From: Phoronis australis
Taxonomy: Eukaryota; Animalia; Phoronida
Direction: 5' to 3'
Length of the DNA: 64,000 nucleotides
NCBI GenBank assembly: GCA_002633005.1
Contig: NMRA01000060.1
Coordinates: forward strand, 890,315-954,314
In this document: piece by piece, positions 48,201 through 59,700 of the stretch
Layout of the letters: each line of letters opens with the position of its first letter
How positions within the stretch are numbered: position 1 is the first letter of the stretch
Notes under the pieces: generated by a model
Told to the model about the DNA's origin: nothing
Database searches by the model: none
Seen by the model: only the letters and a program-made list of their open reading frames with translations
Program-made: the position numbers and the translations under genes

Positions 48201-51051
48201 GATTTTCCACCAATCAATAAAAACAAACTCTAAAACTCTCGTCAACCCTCAACAGTTTGCTGCAGCAAATTTTGAAAGCTGCTGAACAACTAAGCGTGGT
48301 CTGCGCTTTGGGCTTGTTGCCTGATAAGTGCAGGAAAAGACCACCCACCCAGAGCAATAACATCCATCACGTGGCACAACGAGTATGTATTTTTAGTTGA
48401 GTCTTGCTTTTATCACTGACGGAAAAGAATTAAGGAGGATTGACTGAAATCACCAGAACTGTTTAGTGCCCTTTTGAACGCTAGCTTATTTGGAGATTTA
48501 AGCCTAAACAAAATTTGTCTCGATTGCTATTGCCCAGTCATGATTATTTTTAAAAGACATGAAAGCTTCCCGTATTCAGTATAAGGTGTGGCAGTAGAAT
48601 TCATTGTGGACAGCTTATATCTTCATAACTCACGGTGTACAGTTTATATCTTCATAACTCACTGTGGACAATCTCTATATCTTCATAACTCACTGTGGAC
48701 AGTCTCTATATCTTCATAACTTGACAGTCTCTACAGCTTCTTAACTCACTTTGGACAGTCTATTTATCTTCATAACTCACTGTGGACTGTCTCTATATCT
48801 TCATAAATCACTGTGGATAGTCTCTATATCTTCATAACTCACTGTGAACAGTCTATCTTCATCTTCATAACTCACTGTGGACAGTCTTTGTATCTTCATA
48901 ACTCACGGTGGACATTGTGTATATCTTCATAACTTACTGTTGACAGTCTCTATATCTTCATAACTCACTGTGGACAATGTATATCTTCATAACTCACTGT
49001 GGACAGTCTCTATATCTTCATAACTCACTGTTTACAGTCTCTATATCTTCACAAGTCACTGTGGACAGTCACAATATATCTTCATAACTCACTGTGGACA
49101 TTCTCTATATCTTCATATCTCACTGTGCACATTCTCTACTATAACTCACTGTGGACAGTCTCTATATCTTCATAACTCCTTGTGAAAATTCTCTACTATA
49201 ACACACCGTGGACTGTCTCTATATCTTCATAACTCACTCAAATTTAAAACGAATTTGTGATAATTTCTAATTGCGAAAACATATTCATGTTTTAGTCCGT
49301 GTTTAAAAGTACTTTCGCTACCTGACCATGTGATTTAAAAACAATTAGGTAAAGGATGGTTTAATTTAGTACTACACGTACCCCATACCATTAATTGGAA
49401 ATCACTGCGGACGTTAGCATACACAGCATATTAGTAATTTGGAATTATTCCCAAAATGTATCCTACTAAAACAAATTTAGATGTACAGCCATCTTAAAAC
49501 CACCGCACCATACACAAGATTCTGTTTACACACCCTTTGCCTCCTTTTAGACATTCTGACGTCACCACTGGCCTCAGTTCAGCAGCACTTTGATGGAAGT
49601 CTTCAAATGGTAAATAACATCAGTCTGGAAATGCACGAGCCCTGTACACCTAGGTAGGCGTTACGTTAAATACCGCCAATGCAATTTCTTTACTATAAAC
49701 AGAATCCATTCTGTGCATTCGATTTATTGCTTCATAACCTTTTATTCAAACGCACCTTGTATGGAAGCCTGAAGTGAGAAACGATAAATGAGCTTAAATA
49801 TTTGGAAAAGACGTAATAAAATACTAATGTTGTAGTGTTGTTTCAGCTCTTACGGTGTGGACTCATTTTGTCGCAGCAACAATTCCTTATCCATACAAGA
49901 ACCTGTCTTCAACTCTTACGGATTCAACGGAAGTCAGGTATCGTGCCCACTTGGTTCGTGCGATTAATTACATACCTCATTAAAAGTTCAATCTCATAAT
50001 ACGTTGTCCTTTGCGTGTTTCCTACTAATCGTTATTGGAAGAGATTGTCTAGGGAAGAGAGATCTTGATGCAGAATATGACAGTCTAACAAGGTGTTCTT
50101 CAGTTTTCAGCCATTCCCCCGTACAACAACTGCCTTCGGAGAACAGATTCCAATCATTGGGCTATGACGTCACAACCAGCATTCCAAACAGCCATACAAA
50201 ACACCACGTAAATGTTTATTTATTATTTCTCGGCTAAAGCGTTGATACCATTGATGAAGTACATGAGGTGATGATTAATTCCTAGTTTGTCGTCATCAAA
50301 ACAAGCTAAACCCTTTTCAAGGAAAGGTGCGAAATAACACCATTGTTAGTACTACTTCGCTACTTAGATCAACTAGTACCTTTAATTTTTGTACGCTGTG
50401 TATTTCCTGGAATTGTACAACAGAACAGTTATATTCGCAATTTAGTATGCAGCTAAACATATTTTTCTTATACCCAAAAAGTACATGCGATTGTTGATTC
50501 AAGTTTCATTTTAGTCTAACAATTCATCATCGTCCGTACATGTATATGCCAAATTTAATTGCAACTATTGTATTTAGCAAATTTAAACGTTCCCAGATTA
50601 TATCCGTGTTTTGACTTTTATGTTACTGCTTGGAGTTAAGACTTTTGTCATGACCAGTGGGTCGACCGCCCGTTTCAGTGCTGGTACGGTAAAATCTTGT
50701 TTATGGGGCCACAGTAGTACATGATGTGCCATGACCTTATTTGCAGGATTGTACCATTTTAATATTTGGAAATGAAACGAAATCCAAGCTAGCCCAATCA
50801 TTTTTATGAATGCTTAGAGCAATTATTGTCTTTTCAGGCCAGACATAGGTAGCTACGAATACAGTGCTTTTACAAATTTTACGAGACCTCATAACCCAGA
50901 AACGTATCAGGCTTTCACCGAAAGTTCCCCATTTTATGACGTAAGTTCCGGGAAGAGGCCCATCGAGTCTGTGAATGAATCAGACGGAACGAGAGTACAG
51001 AGTACAGACTCCACGTATACCCCGCTACCACATTCCTACCAGTTATCATGA
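34839..51051 (+). CDS. RFX4: Regulatory factor X4-like winged-helix transcription factor
   Basis: Exons: (34839-34902 tentative), 34986-35111, 36348-36420 ([10 protein letters not shown]), 36599-36722 ([41 protein letters not shown]), 37281-37342 ([21 protein letters not shown]), 39112-~39189 (YHYYG), [missing exons], 40068-40231 ([13 protein letters not shown]), 40635-40735, 42206-42409 ([10 protein letters not shown]), 42977-43074, 45333-45450 ([11 protein letters not shown]), 45986-46105 ([13 protein letters not shown]), then less certain 47915-48067, 49551-49653, 49847-49937, 50104-50207, 50838-51051 (TGA). The DNA-binding and dimerisation motifs closely match vertebrate RFX4 as I recall it. 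Confidence 0.93.
35893..36313. mobile_element. TTAA-type MITE, same family as 47271-47711
   Basis: GTCTCATTAAA...TTTAATGAGAC inverted ends, right end AGCATCT|TTAA, alignable with 47271-47711. Confidence 0.75.
37350..38262 (-). mobile_element. 5'-truncated L1/Tx1-like LINE, antisense in an RFX4 intron
   Basis: Perfect 17-bp TSD GCCAGTCAAAGTAAGTT (37333-37349, 38263-38279), A-tail and AATAAA on the minus strand, and open ORF 37533-38252 with the zf-RVT-like motif [20 protein letters not shown]...EHMFFLC. Confidence 0.92.
39225..39254. repeat. (TG)n microsatellite ending at a single-N contig join
   Basis: About 15 TG units, then N at 39255. Confidence 0.95.
39256..39378 (+). mobile_element. 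Right TIR of a second copy of the Kolobok-type element
   Basis: Near-identical to 29787-29908 and ends CCTTCGCCT|TTAA. Confidence 0.85.
41700..41870. mobile_element. Hairpin MITE
   Basis: CACGCAGTGGCCATTTTA..AGTGAGCC..TTTAGGTTT / AAACCTAAA..GGCTCACT..TAAAATGGCCACTGCGTG inverted arms. Confidence 0.7.
43840..45020 (-). mobile_element. Ty3/Gypsy LTR retrotransposon remnant (integrase, polypurine tract, possible 3' LTR)
   Basis: Minus-strand VADMYTKFP...[28 protein letters not shown]...HVTTSP and [12 protein letters not shown] (rve DDE core, frameshifted). AAAAAGGGGAGG-TG at about 43990-44000. LTR boundary is uncertain. Confidence 0.85.
47271..47711. mobile_element. TTAA-flanked (Kolobok-type) MITE
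   Basis: TTAA|AGATGTTCTGTCTCATTAAA...TTTAATGAGACATTGCATCT|TTAA. Confidence 0.85.
48601..49238. repeat. 31-bp intronic minisatellite, about 20 copies
   Basis: Unit CACTGTGGACAGTCTCTATATCTTCATAACT. Confidence 0.95.
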
Positions 51052-53504
51052 TAATGTTTTGACAGTAGTATATATGGTTTGATTTGTCACCACACGCTTC
51101 ACACCTGTGCACAATATAGCTATAACAATAGTTTTATACGATCCACTGTGTTGGGGATATGTGCCCCGTTGAAAGCAACAGTCCCAAATATCGACTCAAC
51201 TAACTTCCCTAAATTTACTGCGTACTGGGTCTTTAAAAACACCTGTCTTATTTTGTTTATTTCGAGTCTCGTTAATAAGTCAATGTTTGGCATTAATATA
51301 AATCGAGAGTGAACTTAACGCTAACTTTTCAAGACCCATTGAAAATAAGTAGGTATCTTTTCATGCAACGCCCCTAATTTAAGGACTAAGTCCCTCAATC
51401 GTTTTGGCTGAATTAAGGGGTCAGTTTTTATTTGTATTATTAAAAATGCCATTAGATAAAGAAGAGCTCACAACAAAGATACATTTTGTTGAAAAATATT
51501 ATATATGTGCCTTAAGATTGAAACACATACGAAAAGATTTAAGGAACTTAGTTGAGTCCCTATTTGGGTCTATTTTATGCAACTGGGCACCGTAGTCCAC
51601 ATACCTAGTGTGTTTGAATTCGTGTGTAAATGTCACCGCAAAAATTTGCCTTAGCCTTAAAACGTGTAAAATATTCTCAGATACCCTTGAAATTGTGTTT
51701 GTCAACAATGTGGAACAAATAGGTATTAAAGGAAATTGAAAAGGCAGTGTACGAATTTTTTGAGTCAACTGCACCAACACGTCATCAATTTAAGACTGAA
51801 GATGGCCTTCCGAGGAGTCCAAACAATAGTTTGGGAATGGGTGTCATGAATAACTATGTAATCTGTATAAGATATCATTAACAATGTTGATGTTACATCA
51901 ACCGAAATTCCCATATAAATGCATCTGTAATCTAGAGATACGAATTGATAACAGAACAAGAAGAAAATATTCTAACAGGCCGGACTCCTTCCCTCTTAGT
52001 GTTAATTACTGCTAAGGACACTAAAAATATGCCTAATGTTTCGTGATGTCCTCAATAATGTTAAACTCCAAAGTTACGTATTGTATATAACGTTTTTCAA
52101 CAATCACATTCATTATAAAGAAGGATTTTAATGCACGTGGATCCAGTTACCTCCACGTTTTATATTTCGGTCAAGACTCACTATTGTGGAGTTGCGTGGT
52201 ATCCGTAAAAACACAATTTCGTAACTTAAAACATGACTATGTGACTACAAACGAACAGTAATACTGATTTTGTGCGTATGGTGTGATTCTTCTACCTACC
52301 AAAAACATTGAGATTTCATGATTAAAGATGTAGAATTTTAAAATATTTGAAGAATTATTATCCTTGGTATTCGGTTACATTTCTATACAGTTGGGTTTAG
52401 TATCTTATGAGGTTATACTTAAGGAGGGTATGATTATTTTCTGTCCCCGAAAACTGCTACAGTCGCCTTGTTGTTTACCGATCTGTGTCATGTCTGGTCG
52501 ATTTAACACCAATTGTATGACATGCTACGTGTTCTTTTGTAATTAAGAGTTTTCCCCATTGAATGGATGCATTTGATTGACTTTACCAGTCCCACCAGGT
52601 CAACTGGCTAAGCCACTTGATTGGTTTTCGACGTGGACTTCCAGATTGCAGACCAACCAGAAGTCTTAGGCAATTGACCAGGCGGAATCCGATGAGCACG
52701 TATTGCGATGTTTAATTTTAGCATCTTGGATCGAAGTGTTGACGCCTTGGAATGAGACAAAATATGTGTACTCGGTCCCCTAAAAATGTCAGGTTTGCGT
52801 ATGTTCGCCAGAGAATGGTGTTAACAGTAGATGACCTTTGATTGTCGGAATATAGTGCATTCAGACAGGGAATATCACAGAAGATGGCTAGGAATTGTTT
52901 GAAGTCAAAGCCTGTGCATTGTTTATTTTGAGTTGACACCAATCAAAACAAACGACCCTGTATTCCGTGCAGGACATACATCACAAGATATCTGTGCAGA
53001 AATCATTTTTATTGACGTTATTGTAATTGTACACAAGCTAAATTGAATACATGTCAGTAAAATAACATTATATTAATATATTAAAAACAAATAATGAACT
53101 TATGCCAACGTGGTGTATAAAGTTACATGTAGGTTTAACTGACAATCATCCAGTTTCTTCACTCTCACAACACGCACGAAGGTTAACATTAATATCGCCC
53201 TTCTCTCATTAACATAATGTTTGGTTTCGAGGTTAACTTATTTTCTTTAAAAACACAAGGCTATTCTTTTGGTTTCAATTCTCTTGTAATTGCACAGCCC
53301 ATATCCCAACTGATTTACCGCTAAAGCTTGATAGAAAAGAATTGTGTAAACTAGGTTATTAATGGCAACGGCTGTGCGGTTAGTGAGAAATGATTACATA
53401 CAAATTCAGTCTCAAATGTCCAGTTAGAAAATAAACATAAATATAAACATAAACATAAGCATAACAAATGTTAATTCAAACAATATATGCATGGTAAGTA
53501 CTGT

Positions 53505-54083
53505 TTATGGACGAGTGGATTCGTTTGTTGACGATGTTCTCGAGCAAAAGCATACACCATTTCGTTTACTTCTCTTCAGAGTTTTATGCATGTGATAGCA
53601 GACCTTTGACGATTTCACAGTACGATGTCCAGTCATAGTGATTTTATCCACCGAACATATGCTTGCGGCTGCCTTTAAGGTGAACTTGGTAGGTCGTACA
53701 GCCGAGTTGTGCAACGGATACCGATCGATGAAGAACGTGTCGTCGACACGTTTTAGTCCCAGCAAATAGAACTCTCCGGGAGAAACTTTTGTGACGTCGC
53801 AGCCTGCCATCATCGACACGGCGTCTTTTATTCTAATTATGTGAGATATAGGTTTGCGAGGTTCGTCGTTTTTCAATACGCAATCCACGACGAATGTTCC
53901 CTCAGTCGTGTATTCCAACAGCGTCGTGTTAATGTACTGTCCGTAAATTAAAACGTTGAAGCGGTCCATCAGCTCAACGTTGCTCATTTTACGCGGGCGT
54001 TCCATCAACAGGCACGCCCTGGTGACGTCACACAATATCAGTGCGCTGGTAATAGTAAGCATAAGCCTGTGCAATTTTGCCAT
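53505..54083 (-). CDS. Secreted 192-aa Cys-containing protein, TIMP-like / agrin NtA-like OB-fold
   Basis: Intact ORF with a hydrophobic signal (…DVTRA|C), pattern NVLIYG...VVDCVLKN...IIRI...C....SPGEFYLLGL, splice acceptor TTTTCAG directly before ATG, candidate upstream donor at about 55228 and minus-strand AATAAA at 53008-53013. Confidence 0.8.
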   Translation of the reverse strand: MAKLHRLMLTITSALILCDVTRACLLMERPRKMSNVELMDRFNVLIYGQYINTTLLEYTTEGTFVVDCVLKNDEPRKPISHIIRIKDAVSMMAGCDVTKVSPGEFYLLGLKRVDDTFFIDRYPLHNSAVRPTKFTLKAAASICSVDKITMTGHRTVKSSKVCYHMHKTLKRSKRNGVCFCSRTSSTNESTRP

Positions 54084-55816
54084 CTGAAAATAAAGATTAC
54101 ATTACAAAATTGAAAATATGGTTCACGATTTACCGTCGTTATGAGGTCGCTTCAAACTCTAAAACTACTCCGACCGAGGGGTGTATAATCTTACCCAAGA
54201 TTTTTTTTCAGAATAACCGGATGAATTCAATGAAAACGCTACAAATGCAGATTTGTTTAAAGCCTGAAGATGACGGTATTGTAGCCGGAAGATCTTAAGT
54301 GGGCGATTTATGATAGAACCTATGGAATCAAATAAAAAGAAATCCACATGACCCGTCACTGAATATTGACCGAAATTTTGCCAGTGGACTCAAATTCACC
54401 TCAAACGACACCAACCACCAAAAGACACCCATTGACCTCTTCGTGTATCTTTGAAACATGCAAAAATTTCAGTTTAAAAATTACCTCATTTGGCAACAGG
54501 ACTTATCCGTGTAGATATTCGATACAGTGTAGGCAGTATAATATTCATTCCCCAGTCCAATAATATAATTTTCAAACGAATGAAATTACCCCGACCCTTC
54601 GTGGGGACACTCGTTTTTCCGTACCACCTAATTTAATTACCCAAACTTGAACTAAGTTATTGGTAACTCATCGTAAGGATGCAGGAAGCTGCAACACAAT
54701 GACTTGAAATTTGCAGGGTGTGAATAACAGTTACAACACTAAAGGTCCTAAGTCTAGTCTTCTTTTGATTTTCTTTTATATAAAGGGGACTGTTTTTACT
54801 TTCAGGCCAATTATATAAGAATTAACTTACAAAGGCAGGTTTTTGGGTGCACACGAATCCAGAAAATTTGTGTCCTAAATAATTGATGCAGTCAGGATTC
54901 TTTCCGTGTGGCCGCTCAAGCGTTTAGACTAAAACGCTGAACTAACTACATAACTCTTAGCCCAGAAAAAAATCACAAATAAGAGACGATTTTGTACAAT
55001 AATCTGTAGGTATATAGGCGGCTAATGATTAGATTACTACATATGTAAATATCGGAATAATGGATTAGTTTGCCAGGTATTTTCCTTAGAAAAATACAAT
55101 CTCCATCACTACTGCGGCGCCCCAGGTTCGCCAGTGACTGCAGTTTCATGGATGTGCAAATAATACTCAGTCTTTAATATGCAACACTACAATCATACGT
55201 TTGTCAATTTTCAAATGAAGCAACTCACCTCGCTAACGTTAATGAGGATGTTTCACTGGCCCTCTAATTGTGAGAACGATTGAACTGCGAATCTTCTTGA
55301 AGGGTACCCGGTTCAACACTGCCTCAATCCGGTTTCCCAAGCATTTTATACCAGAGCGCCCACACGTAACACTTCTTACTGAACGAATTGCTCTTAAAAC
55401 TGACCTAGATGATGTAAAATATTTAGTTAGGCGAGTTTGTTTACACCAAACGTCCACTATATATAACTCAGTTCCAAATGATGTTATTCGATATCACCCG
55501 CTCCGAATATCGGTAACAAAACACAGCCATTTGTTGAAAGCTACGGCGTATGAATGTAGTCAATGCTGTGTTTACCAAGCAATTAAGTGCATGCTTGAGG
55601 ATTAGTATACGTATCATACGTATTTGTCTCTGTAGAGATTTGCCAATTCCTGGATCAACATTATTTGAGGCCAATAAATTATAAAACAATATAAATATTT
55701 TCAGCGGAATTTGTTCTATAACAGGTTAAACTAATGACAACGATAAATGCTACAATTTTAGACAAAAAACCGATCTCTGGTCTGAACACTCCGTAACAGG
55801 ATATCTTTCGGTGATA

Positions 55817-55951
55817 CAGGGTTAGAGTTAGGGATAGGGTTAGGGTTAGGTTAGGCGTAGGCTTAGGGTTAGGGTTAGGGTTAGGGTTAGGCTTAGGGTT
55901 AGGCTTAGGGTTAGGGTTAGGGTTAGGGTTAGGGTTAGGGTTAGGGTTAGG
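55817..55951 (+). repeat. Telomeric (TTAGGG)n tract with proximal variant repeats
   Basis: TTAGAG, ATAGGG and TTAGGC variants grade into perfect TTAGGG, ending at the N gap. Confidence 0.97.
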
Positions 55952-56793
55952 NNNNNNNNNNNNNNNNNNNNNNNNNNNNNNNNNNNNNNNNNNNNNNNNN
56001 NNNNNNNNNNNNNNNNNNNNNNNNNNNNNNNNNNNNNNNNNNNNNNNNNNNNNNNNNNNNNNNNNNNNNNNNNNNNNNNNNNNNNNNNNNNNNNNNNNNN
56101 NNNNNNNNNNNNNNNNNNNNNNNNNNNNNNNNNNNNNNNNNNNNNNNNNNNNNNNNNNNNNNNNNNNNNNNNNNNNNNNNNNNNNNNNNNNNNNNNNNNN
56201 NNNNNNNNNNNNNNNNNNNNNNNNNNNNNNNNNNNNNNNNNNNNNNNNNNNNNNNNNNNNNNNNNNNNNNNNNNNNNNNNNNNNNNNNNNNNNNNNNNNN
56301 NNNNNNNNNNNNNNNNNNNNNNNNNNNNNNNNNNNNNNNNNNNNNNNNNNNNNNNNNNNNNNNNNNNNNNNNNNNNNNNNNNNNNNNNNNNNNNNNNNNN
56401 NNNNNNNNNNNNNNNNNNNNNNNNNNNNNNNNNNNNNNNNNNNNNNNNNNNNNNNNNNNNNNNNNNNNNNNNNNNNNNNNNNNNNNNNNNNNNNNNNNNN
56501 NNNNNNNNNNNNNNNNNNNNNNNNNNNNNNNNNNNNNNNNNNNNNNNNNNNNNNNNNNNNNNNNNNNNNNNNNNNNNNNNNNNNNNNNNNNNNNNNNNNN
56601 NNNNNNNNNNNNNNNNNNNNNNNNNNNNNNNNNNNNNNNNNNNNNNNNNNNNNNNNNNNNNNNNNNNNNNNNNNNNNNNNNNNNNNNNNNNNNNNNNNNN
56701 NNNNNNNNNNNNNNNNNNNNNNNNNNNNNNNNNNNNNNNNNNNNNNNNNNNNNNNNNNNNNNNNNNNNNNNNNNNNNNNNNNNNNNNNNNNNN
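55952..56793. other. Assembly gap (N)
   Basis: Run of about 842 N. Confidence 0.99.
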
Positions 56794-59700
56794 GCTATGG
56801 CTAGCTGTAGCTAGCTATGACTAACACGGGATAGCTCTGGCTAAATATCGCGAGCTTTGGCTAGCTATGGCTAGCTCCGGATAGCTCTGGCTACTTCTGG
56901 GTAGCTATGGATAGCTATGGCTAGATATGGATGGCTCCGGCTAACTATGGCTAGCTATGGATGGCTATGGCTAGCAGTAACTAGCTATGGCTAACACTGG
57001 ATGGCTCTGGCTAGCTATGGCAAGCTATGAATGGCTATGGCTAGCAATGGCTAGCTATGGCTACCTCCGGATAGCTCTGGCTAGTTTTGGGTAGCTATCG
57101 CTAGCTATGGCAAGCTATGGATGGCTATGGCTAGCTCCGGATAGCTCTGGCTAGTTTTGGGTAGCTATGGCTAGCTATGGCTAGCTATGGCTAGATATGA
57201 ATTGCTATGGCCAGCTATGGCTAGCGATGGCTAACTCTGGGGAGCTCTTGGTAGTTCTGGCTAGTTATGGCTAGCTATGGATGGCTATGGCTAGCTGTAG
57301 CTAGCTATGACTAACACTGGATAGCTCTGGCTAACTCTGGCGAGCTTTGGCTAGCTATGGCTAGCAATGGATGGCTATGGCTAGCCATGGCTAGCTATGG
57401 CTAGCTATGGATGGCAATGGCTAGCTATGGCTAGCTCTGGATAGCTCTGGCGAGCTCTGGCTAGCTCTGGCTAGCCCTGGCTAGCTCTGGTTGGCTATGG
57501 CTAGCTATGGATGGCTATGGCTAGCTATGGCTTGCTCTGGCTAGATCTGGATAGCTCTGGCTAGCTCTGGCTAGCTATGGCTAGCTAGGGATAGCTTTGG
57601 CTAGCTATGGCTAGCTCTGGATAGCTCTGGCTAGTTCTGGCTAGTTCTGGCTAGCTAAGTAGCTATACCTAGCTATGGATGGCTATGGCTAGCTATGGCG
57701 AGCAATAACTAGCTCTGGATAGCTCTGGCAAGCTCTGGCCAGCTCTGACTAGCTCTCGCTACCTATGGCTAGCTATGGCTAGCCATGGATAGCTCTGGCT
57801 ACCTTTGGCTAGTACTGGATAGCTCTGGCTAGCTCTGGCTAGCTATGGCCAGGTATGGATGGCTATGGCTAGGTATGGCTAGCTCTGGATAGCTCTGGCT
57901 AGCTCTGGCTAGCTCTGGCTAGCTCTGGCTAACGCTGGGTTGCTCTGGCTAGCTATGGCTAGCTATGGCTAGCTTTAGCTAGCTCTGGCTAGGTATGGCA
58001 AACTTTGGCTAGCCATGGCTAGCTCTGAGTAGCTCTGGCTAGTTCTGGCTAGCTATGGCTAGCTTTGGCTCGCTCTGGCAAGCTCTGGCTCGCTCTGGCT
58101 AGCTATTGCGAGCTATGGACAGCTATGGCTAGCTAGGCCTAGCTATGGCTAGCTATGGCTAGCTATGGCCAGCTCTGGCTAGCTCTGGTTACCTCTGGTT
58201 AGCTCTGAGTAGCTGTGGCTACCTTTGGATACCTATGGCTAGCTTTGGCTGGCTATGACTCGCTCTGGGTAGCTCCTGCTATCAAAGGCTAGCTATGGGC
58301 AGCTAGGGCTAGCTATGGCTAGCTCTCGCTAGGTATGGCTAGATATGGCTATCTATGGACAGTTATGGCTTGCTAGGGTAACTTATGGCTAGCTCTGGCT
58401 AGATTTGGATAGCTATGGCTAGCTATGGCTCGCTCTGGCTAGCTATTGCTAGCTGTGGACAGCAATGGCTAGCTAGGCCTAGCTATGGCTAGCTATGGCC
58501 AGCTATGGCTAGCTCTGGTTACCTCTGGCTTGCTCTGGCTAGCTCTGGCTAGCTGTGGCTACCTATTGATACCTATGTTTAGCTATGCCTGGCTATGGCT
58601 CGCTCTGGCTAGCTATGGATAGCTATGTGAAGCTATGGATAGCTATGGCTATGTAGGGCAAGGTGTGGCTAGCTCAGGCTATCTCTGGCTAGCTCTGGCT
58701 AGCTCTGCCTAGCTATGGCTAGCTCTGGCTATCTATGGCTATCTACTGCTAGCTATGGTTAACTCTGGCTATCTCTGGGTAGCTATGGCTAGCTATGGAT
58801 AGATATGGCTAGCTAGGGCTAGCCAGGGCTAGCTTTTTATAGCCCTGGCTAGCTCTGGCTAGCTCTTGCTAGCTATGGCTTGCTATAGCTAACTATGGCT
58901 AGCTATTAAAAGCTCTGACTAGCTATGGCTTGCTTTGGCTCCCTCTGGCTCGCTCTGGATAGCTATCACTAACTATGGCTAGCTATGTAAAGCTAGGGCT
59001 GGCTAGGGCTATCTATGGCTAGTTGTGGCTAGCTATGGCTAGCTATGGATGGCTATGGCTACCTATGGCTAGCTATGACTAGCACTGGATAGCTCTGACT
59101 AGCTCTGGCGAGTTTTGGCTAGCTATGGCTAGCTATGGATGGCTAAGGCTAGCTATGGCTAGCTCAGGATAGCTCTGGCTACTTCTGGCTAGCTATGGCT
59201 AGCTATGAATGGCTTTGGCTAGCTATGGCTAGCTATGGCGAACTCTGGATAGCTCTGGCTAGTTCTGGCTAGCTATGGCTAGCTATGGATGGCTTTGGCT
59301 ACCTATGGCTTGCTATGGCTAACATTTGATAGCTCTGGCTAGCTCTGGCTAGTTATGGATGGCTATGGCTAGCTATGGATAGCTTTGGTTAGCTATGGCT
59401 TGCTCTGGCTAGCTCTAGCTAGCTACAGATAGCTATGGCTAGCTATGGATGGCTATGGCTAGCTATGGCTAGCTATGGCTAACACTGGGTAGCTCTGGCT
59501 AGCTCTGGCTAGCTATGGCAAGCTATGGATGGCTATGGCCAGCTATGGCTAGCTCCGGATAGTTCTGGCTAGCTCTGGCTAGCTCTGGCTAGCTCTGGCT
59601 AGCCCTGGCTAGCTCTTGTTGGCTCTGGCTAGCTATGACTAGCTATGGCTAGCTATGGCTAGCTATGGCTAGCAATGGCTATTTTTGTATAGCTCTGGCT

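Noticed and set aside
48601-49238. 31-bp repeat array as a CRISPR
   Set aside because: Units are head-to-tail with no unique spacers, inside a eukaryotic intron, with no cas genes.
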